In this document: in pieces, positions 42,362 through 58,040 of the stretch
Layout: the number at the start of each line of letters is the position of its first letter
Position numbering within the stretch: position 1 is the stretch's first letter
Origin: Octopus sinensis
Lineage: Eukaryota
DNA length: 64,000 nt
Direction of reading: 5' to 3'
NCBI RefSeq assembly: GCF_006345805.1
Contig: NC_043005.1
Location: forward strand, 27,280,001 to 27,344,000
Notes under the pieces: generated by a model
The model's database searches: none
Seen by the model: the letters and a program-made list of their open reading frames with translations, nothing else
What the model was told of the DNA's origin: nothing
Position numbers and translations under genes: made by a program

Positions 42362-42548
42362 ATTACAAGTTCAGGTTTATACCTGTAATTACTGGACCCC
42401 TAGGATATGTAACACACTGCCTTAATACCAATCTTGAGAAATTAGGCTTCTCAAAACCAGAAAGGAGAAAGCTAATTCGAAGACTATAGATCGAAGCCAT
42501 CACTGGAACTGTAAAAATCTGTAAAACTGTCCAGAAGTTTATCGTTTA
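42362..42548 (+). mobile_element. C-terminus of an RLE-type (R4/Dong-like) LINE
   Basis: YKFRFIPVITGPLGYV...LEKLGF...IEAITGTVKICKTVQKF. Confidence 0.6.
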
Positions 42549-43108
42549 AATATACATGAGCATGTCTAGATATGCAACTATATGCATGAGAATATATACA
42601 TACAGCAAAACATACAAATCTGCACATATACATACATACATACATACATACATACATACATACATACATACATACATACATACATACATACATACATACA
42701 TACATACATTGGTCAGTCTCAGAGAGTTTTACCTGAGAGTTTATTTATATAATCAAATTCAAGAGAGGTGAGAGGTGAAAAATATTTATTGCGTATGTTT
42801 ACATTTGTTTCATAATCTGTACCCAGTTACACCATTGACATTAAAATGGCCCTACACACATATCGATGTACACTTATAGTTGTGTGGTAAACATAACGAG
42901 CAGGATTTCTCTTGAGAACATTTTATGGAGATACAACATTTAATTCTGTCGAATGACGCTGCGTCGACTCAATTTCTACGATTGACATGATTAGAAGGAA
43001 AGAGAGAATCTACCTTTTAGTTTTCAGAAATGACAATTATGAGAACATTAACATGACTATATAAAATGAAAATAAATAGAATAGAATAAGTGGCTGACTA
43101 ATTACTTA

Positions 43109-43159
<51 letters not shown>

Positions 43160-44361
43160 CATATATATATGCATATATACACACATACATGTACATGCCT
43201 ACATATATATGTATATATACATGCAAAGTGACGTCTTGTACCCATATATGCATGTGTATATACATGTATATATGCATATATATATATATATATATACATG
43301 TACATGTATGTGTGTATATATGCATATATATCATTTATATTATTATATGATCGAACGCCACGCATCCATTTCCAAGCATATATACATACATACATACATA
43401 CACACACACACAAATATATACATACATACACACACACATACATATATACACACACACACATACATATATACATATATATTTATACACACACACATATGTA
43501 TGTGTTTGGAATAAAATGTTATATATGTATATGTATGGCTACATGTGTATGCATACGTATGTGTATGTAAGTGTGTGGGAGTGTTTGTCTTTCTGTGTTT
43601 CACTGGTGATGCTTATGTATGTGGTATTCACATTTAGGGTCATCACTAATGATATTTGTAGGCCGAGGGACGTAACCAGATGAACCACTAAAATAACGCA
43701 CTCAGATCTAAGACCAAGACCAGCAAATTTAAGAGGAGAGGAGTCTGCCGAAACCATCGGCCTCAGTACTTGACTGGAACTTTATTTTATCGACCCCCTG
43801 AAGGAGGAAAGGTAATTTGACCTCCTCGTTGAAAAAATTAAAAATCTAAAATTAAATTGGGAAAAATACAAACTGAAATTCTGAATATAAGATATTTGAA
43901 AATCGAAACCTAAATGCAAACGTATGGAGGTGAAGGAGTGCTTCATGCCTTCTAATTTAATTTCAGTCATTCAGTGCAGTTTGAAAGACAGAGAAGAGAC
44001 AAAATTTGGGCTTTTATAATAAGAGTTCTAATAAATAAGTAAATCGCTTTTCAGAAAGCAGTCAATAAAAATATAAATATTGTATTGCACGAATGTGATG
44101 ATTTATTTTCATATTGAAATTTTATGTCAAAAAAATATGTGAATTTTAATGAACGCTGAGGACAGAGTTTATTCCTTGTCTCATTGACGATTAATAAACT
44201 TTCCATATATTTCTTCATTTATATCTTTCTATATTTTAATCACAACTGTCTTTAATTCAGTGATTCTTCCGCCTTAATTTAATCTTCAAATCTGCACCAG
44301 AGTTTGTAATAGAGTCCAAATCAGATAATTGGGTGAAATTATAATAATAATAATAATAATG

Positions 44362-44408
<47 letters not shown>

Positions 44409-44699
44409 TAATAATAATAATAATAGAGTGTGAAATAATGATTTTGAGTTAAACGAGGTACGCTTTGTGTCATTATATTGATGGAATTTAAACGTCCTTA
44501 ACTTAAACTTTACTAATTTTGAAAGAAGCAATGACCAGGTTTTTAAGTTTGCAATTCTCTCCTCCGCATCTAACTTCTTTCATCAGCTTTGTAAAATGAA
44601 AAATTCATTGCATCGCTACATACAACATACTTCTAGTATCAGAAATGTAACGAAGAAAAGCAAAAATTAAAAGGTAACAAAGGAGAAGCAAGTTTTAAC

Positions 44700-45071
<372 letters not shown>

Positions 45072-45190
45072 TGAAATATTGTATGAATATGGTTTTATAG
45101 CTAATTTTCTTATGAATAAGAAAACTTAATTCCTGTAAAAATTTAAAATGGTTGACAGTTACTGCATACTTCTACATTCATACATCTCTT

Positions 45191-45265
45191 CCACGGGCAT
45201 ATCGCGTAGTGGTTAAGAGCGCCGGCTACTAACCCCAAGATTCCAAATTCGATTCCAGAGAGTGA

Positions 45266-45313
<48 letters not shown>

Positions 45314-45478
45314 GAATAATAATAATAATAAGAGAAAAGAAGAAGAAGAAGAAGAGAAGAAAAGAAGAAGAAGAAGAAGAAGAAGAGAAGAAAAGAAGAA
45401 GAAGAGAAGAAGAAGAAGAAGAAGAAGAAGAAGAAGAAGAAGAAGAAGAAGAAGAAGAAGAAGAAGAAGAAGAAGAAG

Positions 45479-45521
<43 letters not shown>

Positions 45522-45665
45522 TTAAAAATACCTTGGGAATGAAAACCCAGGTTCGAAATTTCTCCAAGACACCTGATGAAGGCTGGAGGGTACAACAGTC
45601 GAAACGTTGTGTTAACAAACAAGATAAGGACAAATATCCGTCAATTGTAAATAATGTACATAATT
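45191..45665 (+). mobile_element. Family E: tRNA-headed, hammerhead-bearing SINE, full length
   Basis: A-box-like 45202-45212, B-box-like 45247-45256, (AAT)(AAG)(AAC)n linker, hammerhead, TGTAAATAA tail. Confidence 0.85.
45568..45613 (+). ncRNA. Minimal type I hammerhead ribozyme motif
   Basis: GACAC CUGAUGA A GGCUG GAGGGUACAA CAGUC GAAACGUU GUGUU; predicted cleavage after 45608. Confidence 0.8.
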
Positions 45666-47289
45666 CCTCATCTCTTAAATATAGAACTGTATTGGTTGTA
45701 TTAGTTTAACGCTTAAAAGAAGGGTGGGGTGGGAAAAGAATCCTAACGTTTCGGACGTTAGTCTTTCATTGGAAGAAAAGCAAAAGAGAAATGAGAAAAA
45801 GAGAAATGGTTCAGAAAGAAAGGAAAAAAGCGGGATAGAAGTTAAGAACCAGATGAGAAAGCGGTTCTGGGGGACAGTTGAGAAGGGAAGAGGGATCGGG
45901 GCTGCATGCATAAGGGGACGTGGCTGCACGCAAAACACGTAGATCCGTGTTTTGAAAGAGGGATAGAATGAGAGGAATTGTTGGATGCGTACCTTTCGGT
46001 GGGAGAGATGTATCAATGTAGAAGTATGCAGTATCTATCTATCAGCTATTTTCAATTTTTAGAGGAATTAAGTTTTCGTAAGAAAATAAGCTATAAATCC
46101 ATATTCATACAATATTTCAGTTATGGCTTATTCAGTAACATGTTTTTGTATAAAACTGTAAATGTACAATATTTCATTTAGGATTATTTTTTATAATTCT
46201 CAGTAAAACTGAATTATCACTACGGAAAATATTAATATCACTGTAGGATAATTTAAAGGTCGTCTAGAACAGAAACTTATTATAATGCAAATATGTGTAT
46301 ATTTTTAAAACCTTAACCATGCTCATATTAATTGTGGCTATAGGAATGTTTGTTGTCAGTAATTTAAGGTTCATACCGGCATTTCTACACCAGATCCACC
46401 TGGATTATTAAATTTAGACTGTTGCTTATATATAAATAATAGTTTTTCTTACGTTTTTCCTTTCTGACAAAACTTAAGAAAAAAAAGGACCTTTTTAATA
46501 TACGAAAAATTTTAATATATTTTGGATTTTTATTTCAGAACAATTTCCTCCAGTAACTGAAAGAAATTCATAAATTTTCATTCAGTTTGCTTTTTTTTTT
46601 TTTTTCCTTCACTTACTAACATTTAATGCAAATAAGAGAGATGGACTTTGTCGCATTGAAGATGAAATGACGGTATGTTTGTATGATTATCTCAAATATA
46701 CGTCTAAAGAGAAAATGTCGCCAAAAGACATCGAACTCAGGTTTGTCATTGATAACTATGCTTCATTTATTGAGAAAGAAGTAAGCACTTTATAAGTTTA
46801 TGATGTTTAAAATGAAATCTATTTATAGGTAAATATAAAAAATTCAGGGTGAATATTTGATAACTGTAAGCACCTGTATATGCCAGTTAGTGGTGTAGGT
46901 GATAGGGTATATTTATAAAAAGAAAAACAGGATGCAAAGGATTTAGCGGTACATATGTTTCTGGCTTTATTGGACAGTTTATATCAATGCATAATTGATG
47001 TAACATGTATGTCAATAGCCTTCTTCAGCCGCGCACAATTACCACACCAAAGACATGTATTACATTATAGCAGGTTTGAGAAGAAGTTTGGGAAAAAGAC
47101 GACTTTCGTTGGGAATGCAAATCCTCATAGTCGTATATGGCAAAGCGGGACACCGAATAAAACGTCCATACCGTTTTTTCACTCGATTCTTAATAAAACT
47201 TCTTTTAAAACTTCATACACGAAATGTGCCAAGATGTTTTGTTTTTTTTTATTTGCTCAAAAACATAATAATGGTTCTTTATTGTTTTG

Positions 47290-47747
47290 GTACCAGCAAT
47301 TTTGAGAGGGAAAGACAAGTCGATTACATCGACCCCCCACTGCTACGAACTTTATATTATCGACCCTGAAAGGATGAAAAGCAAAATTGACCACGATGAG
47401 AATTAAATTCTGATCGTAATGAAGCGGATCAAATTCTGAAAAGCATTCTGTTCGACGCGCTAACGATCACGCCAGGTCACCACCTTAACACAACAACAAC
47501 AACAATAATAATAATGGTTTCAGATTTTGGCACAAGGCCTGAAATTTGGTGGGAGGTGACTAATCGATAACATCGATCCAAGTGTTTCACTGGTATTTAA
47601 TTTCTCGACTCAGGATGAAAGGCAAAGTCGACCTCAGCGGAATTTGAACTCAGAACGAACGAAAATGACGGACGAAATGTCGCTAAGAATTTCGCCCGGC
47701 GTGCTAACGATTCTGCCAGTTCACCACCTTAATTATAATAATAATAA

Positions 47748-47819
<72 letters not shown>

Positions 47820-48033
47820 TAATCCTTTCTACTAAAGGCCCAAGGCCTGAAATTTCTATGGAGGGAACTAATCGATTACATTGGCCACAGCGTTTCACTG
47901 GCACTTAATTAATCGACCCCTGAAAGGATGAAATGCACAGTCGACCTCGGCGGAATTTAAACTCAGAACGTAGCGATGAGCGAAATACTGCTAAGCATTT
48001 TGTTCAGCGTGCTAACGATTCTGCCAGTTCGCC
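47290..48033 (-). mobile_element. Three head-to-tail SINE family B copies separated by (AAC/AAT)n
   Basis: ~47290-47470, 47525-47730 and 47825-48033. Confidence 0.85.
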
Positions 48034-48057
48034 AATAATATACAAATCCACATCAAT

Positions 48058-48470
48058 AGGCGCAGGAGTGGCTGTGTGGTAAGTAGCTTGCTAACCAACC
48101 ACATGGTTCCGGGTTCAGTCCCACTGCGTGGCATCTTGGGCAAGTGTCTTCTGCTATAGCCCCGGGCCGACCAATGCCTTGTGATTGGATTTGGTAGACG
48201 GAAACTGAAAGAAGCCTGTCGTATATATGTATATATATATGTATGTGTGTGTGTGTGTGTTTGTGTTTGTCCCCCTAGCATTGCTTGACCACCGATGCTG
48301 GTGTGTTTACGCCCCCGTCACTTAGCGGTTCGGCAAAAGAGACCGATAGAATAAGTACTGGGCTTACAAAGAATAAGTCCCGGGGTCGATTTGCTCGACT
48401 AAAGGTGGTGCTCCAGCATGGCCGCAGTCAAATGACTGAAACAAGTAAAAGAGTAAAAGAGTAAAGAGTA
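48058..48470 (+). mobile_element. SINE family A, young full-length copy
   Basis: Almost identical to 59439-59840 and 60788-61197. Confidence 0.9.
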
Positions 48471-48662
48471 ATCTGGTTGTCATAACATATTTATTACTGG
48501 AGATTAATGTGTTAACGTACAAGGTTAATTGAAGAAAAGATTGTAACATTACATGAATATATTCTGTTTGCAATCACATATCTCCAAGTAAGTGAGGCGA
48601 ACGTGCGAGCGAGTGTGTATATGCGGCGGCACGATCCAATACATGTCGAAGACTCAACAGGC

Positions 48663-48773
48663 ACTGAATGGCGCGAATTTAGCAATTCCTTCCTTTATAT
48701 AAGGGATGAACCGGAAGTCCCCGACTTCCGCGTAAACCGGAAGGTTTCAGAATGTTCGAGAACATTCTAGAAG
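48663..48773 (-). promoter_or_regulatory. Heat-shock-type Pol II promoter (HSE, ETS sites, TATA, Inr)
   Basis: GAA-TTT-GAA-TTC-GAA-TTC-GAA at 5-nt spacing (48740-48772); CCGGAAGT at 48711; minus-strand TATAAA at 48699-48694; ATTCAGT Inr at 48669-48663. Confidence 0.7.
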
Positions 48774-48988
48774 CTCGAGAGAAATTACTCTCGTTAAATC
48801 CCTTTTCAGTTTTGCTTCCTAACGTGTCCGCCAGGGTTCAGTACACGTGTATGCATCGATAATTCAACCACATATTTACAAACACCGGGAATTCTCTCTT
48901 AACTCAAACACTCTTGTCACTTTGGTGACCGGCTCGAACTCTCAAGAACTTGAATTAAGCTCAAAGAAAAATCATACATATACATACA

Positions 48989-49022
<34 letters not shown>

Positions 49023-49280
49023 CACACATACATACATACACACATACACATACATACAAACACACACACATACATACATACATGCATACATACATACATA
49101 CATACATGCACACATACATGCATGCATACACACACACGCACACGTGTATGTATACGTTTGGTAATATATGAATGTATCTAGAGATGAATACACTTGCAAC
49201 AATTAATGGATAATATATATGCGTGTGTGCGTGTGTGAGTGCGTGCGTATGTGTGTGCCCGTGTGTGTGTATGGTGATAC

Positions 49281-49440
<160 letters not shown>

Positions 49441-49441
49441 C

Positions 49442-49805
<364 letters not shown>

Positions 49806-50011
49806 AAAAACTAACAGAAATTATTTTAATCGAACCAGAATCTTGGTTTTGTACAGAGCTTCTTACACAATACGAGTAATCGGATTGTCCGCCTTGTCTT
49901 TCTTGTCTTTCTTCTTCTTTAGGTATTTGGCACGGACCAGAGTTTTGCGATAGAGTTTTACGGAAATTACCAAAGGACTTATATAACAAAATTATATTAA
50001 TTATATTATAT

Positions 50012-50159
50012 AGGCGTAGGAGTGGCTGTGTGGTAAGTAGCTTGCTTACGAACCACATGGTTCCGGGTTCAGTCGTACTGCGTGGCATCTTGGGCAGCCT
50101 CGGGCCGACCAAAGTCTTGTGAGTGGATTTGGTAGACGGAAACTGAAAGAAGCCCGTCG

Positions 50160-50207
<48 letters not shown>

Positions 50208-50442
50208 TGTGTGTATATGTTTGTGTGTCTGTGTTTGTCTCCTAACATCGCTTGACAACCGATGCTGGTGTGTTTACATCCCCGTAACCTGGCGGTTCGG
50301 CAAAAGAGTCCGATAGAATAAGTACTAGGCTCACAAAGAATAAGTCCTGGGGTCGATTTGCTCGACTAAAGGCAGTGCTCCAGCATGGCCACAGTCAAAC
50401 GACTGAAACAAGTAAAAGAGTAAAAGAGTAAAAAGAGAGTAA
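50012..50442 (+). mobile_element. SINE family A, full length
   Basis: All modules present. Confidence 0.9.
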
Positions 50443-51649
50443 ACCTTGACACATCTTCGCTCAAGTTTCAGCTGTTAATACACTGCTCCACTCAAGTTTT
50501 TACTCCATCAAAGATTTTTATTTTATTTATCTATGTATTAATTCTTTCTGTTTCTATATATGTTTTTATTTATTTTTTTGATAAGTACTGTACCTAGTTT
50601 AAATATTTTATTTCTAAGATAAAAATCACGGTTTCTCTAAACGCCCAACGTCTCTCCTGCCACCAACGCTCGTCGTTAGCATTCACCGCGTACTTGTCAG
50701 AGATTAAAACGTCCCTAAGGATACGTTACCGCTCAGGTTAAAAACCGGTGGGTATTATATAAGTTTGTAAGCCAGTCCGTTTGGGTACAATCTACCCAAC
50801 TAAACCACCACCCTACCTGTGACTGATTGTTATGTGTGGAGATGGAAAGCGAGAGGGAGAAGGAAAAAGGCAGACGGATAGAAAACGAAAGCTTATAATC
50901 TTTGTTTTATGTCATGTTATTTGAGAATGAGATAACAAGGTATCGTGTTTACCAATTCCATTAATCTATAACCGACTACACCCCCTTTCCGAAGCCTCCA
51001 ACCACCTCCACCTTCATCTTCCTCCGCGCAACATCACCACCACCACCACCATCCATTTATCCACCAACCAAAACGTCAAAAATTTCATTTAAAATTAATT
51101 AATTAACGTCACTAATTAACACCACGTGTCATTCAAAAATATTTTTAGAAAAAGGACGGCGACCAGTAAACAAGTATAATCGGGTGTGTTGTGTATATCG
51201 AATTAATAATTTACTAATTAGGATCCTTGACTAATTATAATTTGACTTTTAGAATTAAGCTTTAATTGGTTTTTCATTAAGTGTTGCCATCGCAATCTTT
51301 CGAACTGTGTCCAGTGAGACTGTGTGACTTAGTGATGTTCATGCCCTTCCAAAGAAATAGCAACGTTTTGAACTTGATTGGAGGGATAAGACAGAAATTT
51401 TCATTACACTTCATTTCGAACTGGAATCGAAACTGTGTTGCCAATTTTATTTGTCTCCTATTTTCAAATTATACTGATACTTTATTTGATCGACCCCGGA
51501 GGAACGAAAGGGGAAATAAACTTCAGCGTGGTTTGAACTCAGAATGTAAAGAGCCGGAACATATGGCACAAGGCGTTCAATTTTAGGTTAGCACTTTTTT
51601 TTTTGATTCTTCTCAAATATTCCTACCTTCTACATTTTCCGACGGAGAA

Positions 51650-51830
51650 TTCTATGTGCCTCCAATACATACACCAGAGTACTTGCAACAGTTACCTCCA
51701 TTCATTGCCTTGATTAGTGTCTCATATGGGAGTTTAATCTCTTCGCACTCTGATATATTCCCCTGGACCAATTCTGACCCAGATTTCCAGTTTGCATCCA
51801 TTTCAAGACATCTATATACAGCCTGATACC
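51650..51830 (-). mobile_element. R4/Dong-clade RT remnant
   Basis: EEIKLPYETLIKAMNGGNCCKYSGV resembles the EGIxLP...IK...YKYLGV region. Confidence 0.45.
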
Positions 51831-52311
51831 CACATAAATTCTACCAGGAATAAAACAAATCTGAGTCAAATCCAAACGAATAATAATAATATACAAGAGT
51901 AAACAGAATTGGAAAAGAAACAATGGTGTATTATAAAAACTCGGAGTATGAATTTCTCAGTCAGTTTAACAAGTTTATGATCCAAGTAGTTATCATTCGG
52001 TTTTAAGAATAGTGACAAAGAATTTAAGAGTAAAACTTTGAAAATTTGATCTTCATCTGGGAATGGGTCAAGTGCAAAAAGCCTGTTTACTTGGATCAGC
52101 AAGAATTATCCATGATATAAAGTAAGGCTTGGATAGAATGTAGAGACATATGGGCAGCATAGAGGGATCTTAATAAGACAGGAGATAAGAATACTTCTCA
52201 TTCCGGTCCACAGGTTCTTGTTTGGCTGGAAGGGTAATTAAACCGGTTTACAAACACCAATACCATGTAACGGCAGAGTAGTAGTAGTAGTAGTGTAGTA
52301 GTAGTAGTAGT

Positions 52312-52343
<32 letters not shown>

Positions 52344-52484
52344 TAGTTGCAGTTGTTGTTGTTGCAATATAACTTCTAACAAAGGCCACAGAATTGTGGA
52401 GGGAGGGAGGGATGGACACCACAGCCTAGCGTTTGTACTTATTCTAATAAATGTTACTTCAATAATAATAATAATAATAATAAT

Positions 52485-53072
52485 GCAGTACCAGGATGCC
52501 CTGATGCAGTACCTAAATGCCCTGATGCAGTACCAGGCAGAGGCTCTCATGGCTTGTGATCTTAACTGATTGGAAGTGTTATCATGTACATTGTTTTGTC
52601 TTGGTATAAAAGATGGGCTACAGCAAATATTCTGCTCAATACCACAGATTTGCTTGTCAGTTGTTTGACCTTAACCAGTTGAGCATGTCCCTTAGTGGCT
52701 GACGATATGTGCATCTCTGATCACGAGCAGAAGTAGTGGGGGAGCATCATAGCCATGTGTTGAGAAGGATTCTTTGGGGTTTGAATAATTCACCTCTGGA
52801 AACATGGGTGTTTCGTTCAACGTCCTTAAACAACCCTTATTCAGGGACCTTTTGAGCGGGATGGGTTACTCGATCTGAAGAAAATTCTAACTGGGCTCCA
52901 CCTGCAAGGTCATGTGCTGTTTATCTTGATATGAGATCATCATATCGCGCACATATGGTTGTGATGCATGTGCCTGGTGTACCCTTATCAGACGGGTAGT
53001 CATGATGGGTATACTGGGCTTCGTATATTTTACCCCAGTGTCACTTTGATGGCATGCTCTGCTCGCTCACTC
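52485..53072. mobile_element. Non-coding ~590-bp element (family D) inside an (AAT)n tract
   Basis: (AAT)n on both sides; three ATGCAGTACC-containing repeats at the left end; partial second copy at 61739-61849. Confidence 0.75.
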
Positions 53073-53137
<65 letters not shown>

Positions 53138-53573
53138 TAATAATAATGAGAGTAACATCAACATATACATCAGCAATAACACCAACAACACAACATTCAC
53201 TTGTCTGAAAAGAATTAAGCTCTTGTGTCTTAGTACAATTGTGGTACTAAAGACCGGCGTTTATATTCATGTATATATTTTATTATTGTCAAATAAATTG
53301 GATTTCTTTGAAATCAAAGTCTTCCTTAATAGGTTTCAGACATAAGGTTAGGGTAAAGCAGGGAGAATAACTATATTTTTTCTGTGATTATATGAAGGAA
53401 ATGTTGCGAGTGAGAGGTGTGAGTCAACAAAATTAACCACCAGAGCACGGTTATACTGGCAATAAAACTGCCAGAGATGACTATCAAATGTAAAAAAATG
53501 TACATACACAAATAATGACGTTTGTTGGGCACATAATACACTACACATTTCTGGTGTATATAATAAAAATAAA

Positions 53574-53641
<68 letters not shown>

Positions 53642-53658
53642 TAATAGTAATAATAATA

Positions 53659-53718
<60 letters not shown>

Positions 53719-53754
53719 CAACAACAACAACAACAACAACACAACAACAACAAC

Positions 53755-53902
53755 ATCGAAAAATACCTTAGGAATAAGAACCCAGGCTCGAAATTTCCCC
53801 AAGACCCCTGATGAAGGCTTGGGGGGTATATCAGCCGAAACGTTGTGTCAGCAATAAACAAGATGAGGACAAATATCCGTCGAATGTAAATAATGTAAAT
53901 AA
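53755..53902 (+). mobile_element. Family E 3' part with hammerhead at 53803-53849
   Basis: GACCC CUGAUGA A GGCU-loop-AGCC GAAACGUU GUGUC; follows a long (AAT)n(AAC)n tract; no head visible. Confidence 0.75.
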
Positions 53903-54293
53903 ATTACATTGAATTAATCATGATTTTAGTTCTACAAGTTCACATGTTTTTCTTGCAAAAATAACATGGCGCCGAAATTTTGTATATTTTTCATCATTGC
54001 TGAGTCATAGAAGAAGCAGGAGAAATGGTTATAAATTGTAACAGCAGCAGCAGCTTTTAGTAATAGTTCTTGATAAAGTCAAAAGACAGATTTTCTTAAA
54101 TCAAAAATTATTAATTGTATTTTTTGAAAAAACCTTTCTAGTGGAAGGAAGTTTCTGTTTTAAGCTCTTTTCGCTTTTTCAGCTTTTCAAACACACGTGT
54201 TATAAAATAATCCGTAGTGTCTGTGTCAATCTGCTTACTCTAAATATATATAAACACAGACAGACAGAGAGACAGACAGACACACAGACAGAC

Positions 54294-54362
<69 letters not shown>

Positions 54363-54559
54363 TAGATAGATAGATAGATAGATATGGATATATACATATA
54401 TATATATATATGTATACATATATATGTGTTTGTATGTAAATATATAAGTAAGAATGAATGAGTGAGTGAGTGAGTCAGTCAGTCAGTAAACGTAGCTCTT
54501 TTTATATCAACTTTTTACCCTAATTCCCAAGATATAGGCTTATAATCCTTGTTTGTCAA

Positions 54560-54900
54560 CGCATATAAAGATTTTAAAAATTACCTCTGTTTTCTCTTCC
54601 TTATTGGTATTGGATGGCTTATGACTGATATTTTCTTGTCAAACATAAATTCCAATATAGATTTAACAATGTCGGTACACTTACTTCTATTCTTCTGTTG
54701 CCAAACGTGCTTTGAGAGCGGTGTGGTGTTTTCTTTGACTGGTTTGTGTGCATATTTTGGTGTAGTCGGTTGAGATAAAGCTCTGTAAGGCCATTTTTCT
54801 AGGTTTGGTTCTGTGATAAAGTTATTTATGTATTGCCTGACTTGAAGGACTCTGTGGATATGCGACGATATTATATTTTTTGTCCGTAATGGATTAACTG
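54560..54900 (-). mobile_element. Possible PLE GIY-YIG remnant
   Basis: ENTTPLSKHVWQQKN resembles N.T.LSK..W.LK; otherwise very decayed. Confidence 0.3.
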
Positions 54901-55134
54901 TTTTATTAAATATTTTCCCTGTCGAATAAATTATGGTGTTTGTTGTTGTATTTGTGAGTGTTTGTTGATTACGGAAAGGAACTGTCTCATCGGAGAAGCT
55001 ACAATGCCTTGATTCTACGGGAGATTAAACCAACTACACTTCTCTCTTTGGTGGTGGTGGCAGTGGTGGTGGTGGTGGTGTTTGCGTGTGTGTGTGTGTG
55101 GTGTGTGTGTGTGTGTGGTGTGTGTGTGTGTGTT

Positions 55135-55170
<36 letters not shown>

Positions 55171-55269
55171 GTGCGTGGATTAACGACGGGAGTGGTATCA
55201 ATACCAAAAGGTAATCTTTGTATGCAACTTATCGTGGATATCTTTTCTAAAGCACTGAATACTTCGTTA

Positions 55270-55437
55270 TTAGGCTTGAGAGATCCTCCGAAATAGGCCT
55301 CCCGCTGATGACTTTAAGTAGAATGAAGTTGCGTGATATGGGAATTCCGGCGCCCATGACAGGCGATTTTTGTCTGCAATGATCTATGGGTGTTTTCATG
55401 CAACAAGCGCCTATACGAGAGGACCTCTCAAGGCTAA
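55270..55437. mobile_element. Small MITE-like element
   Basis: TAGGCTTGAGAGATCCTC versus the reverse complement of GAGGACCTCTCAAGGCTA: 16/18 match. Confidence 0.45.
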
Positions 55438-55449
55438 CAACGCAGTATT

Positions 55450-57660
<2,211 letters not shown>

Positions 57661-58040
57661 TATCTATGTCGGTGTGTGTGTGTCTTTATGCCCGTTCTTA
57701 TGCACCAACTGCTGTTGGTGTATTTACGTCCTCGTAAATTAGCCGTTCGGCAAAAGAAAAGGAACAATAAAATAAGTACAAGACGTACTGGGGTCATGAA
57801 CGAATTGACCCCAGTTCTTGAAGGCGGTACCCCAACATATTCTCAGCCTAATGACTAAAACCCGTTAGCGTGGTGCCCCAGCATGGCCGCTCTCTAATAC
57901 TGAAACAAGTAAAATCTAAAATGTGTGTGTGATGGACTCTCCCGTCGTTAGACGACATATGAAGGTTCGACAATTTATTATTGAACAACCACACAGATGA
58001 TTTGTTTAGACATAAGACACAGATATGACATAAGACACAG

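Noticed and set aside
51694-51843. Apparent minus-strand exon with AG/GT boundaries
   Set aside because: The peptide is better explained as a decayed R4/Dong RT segment.
52640-52780. HDV-like ribozyme in family D (CTAAGGGAC on the minus strand)
   Set aside because: Could not build P1 and P3 pairings.
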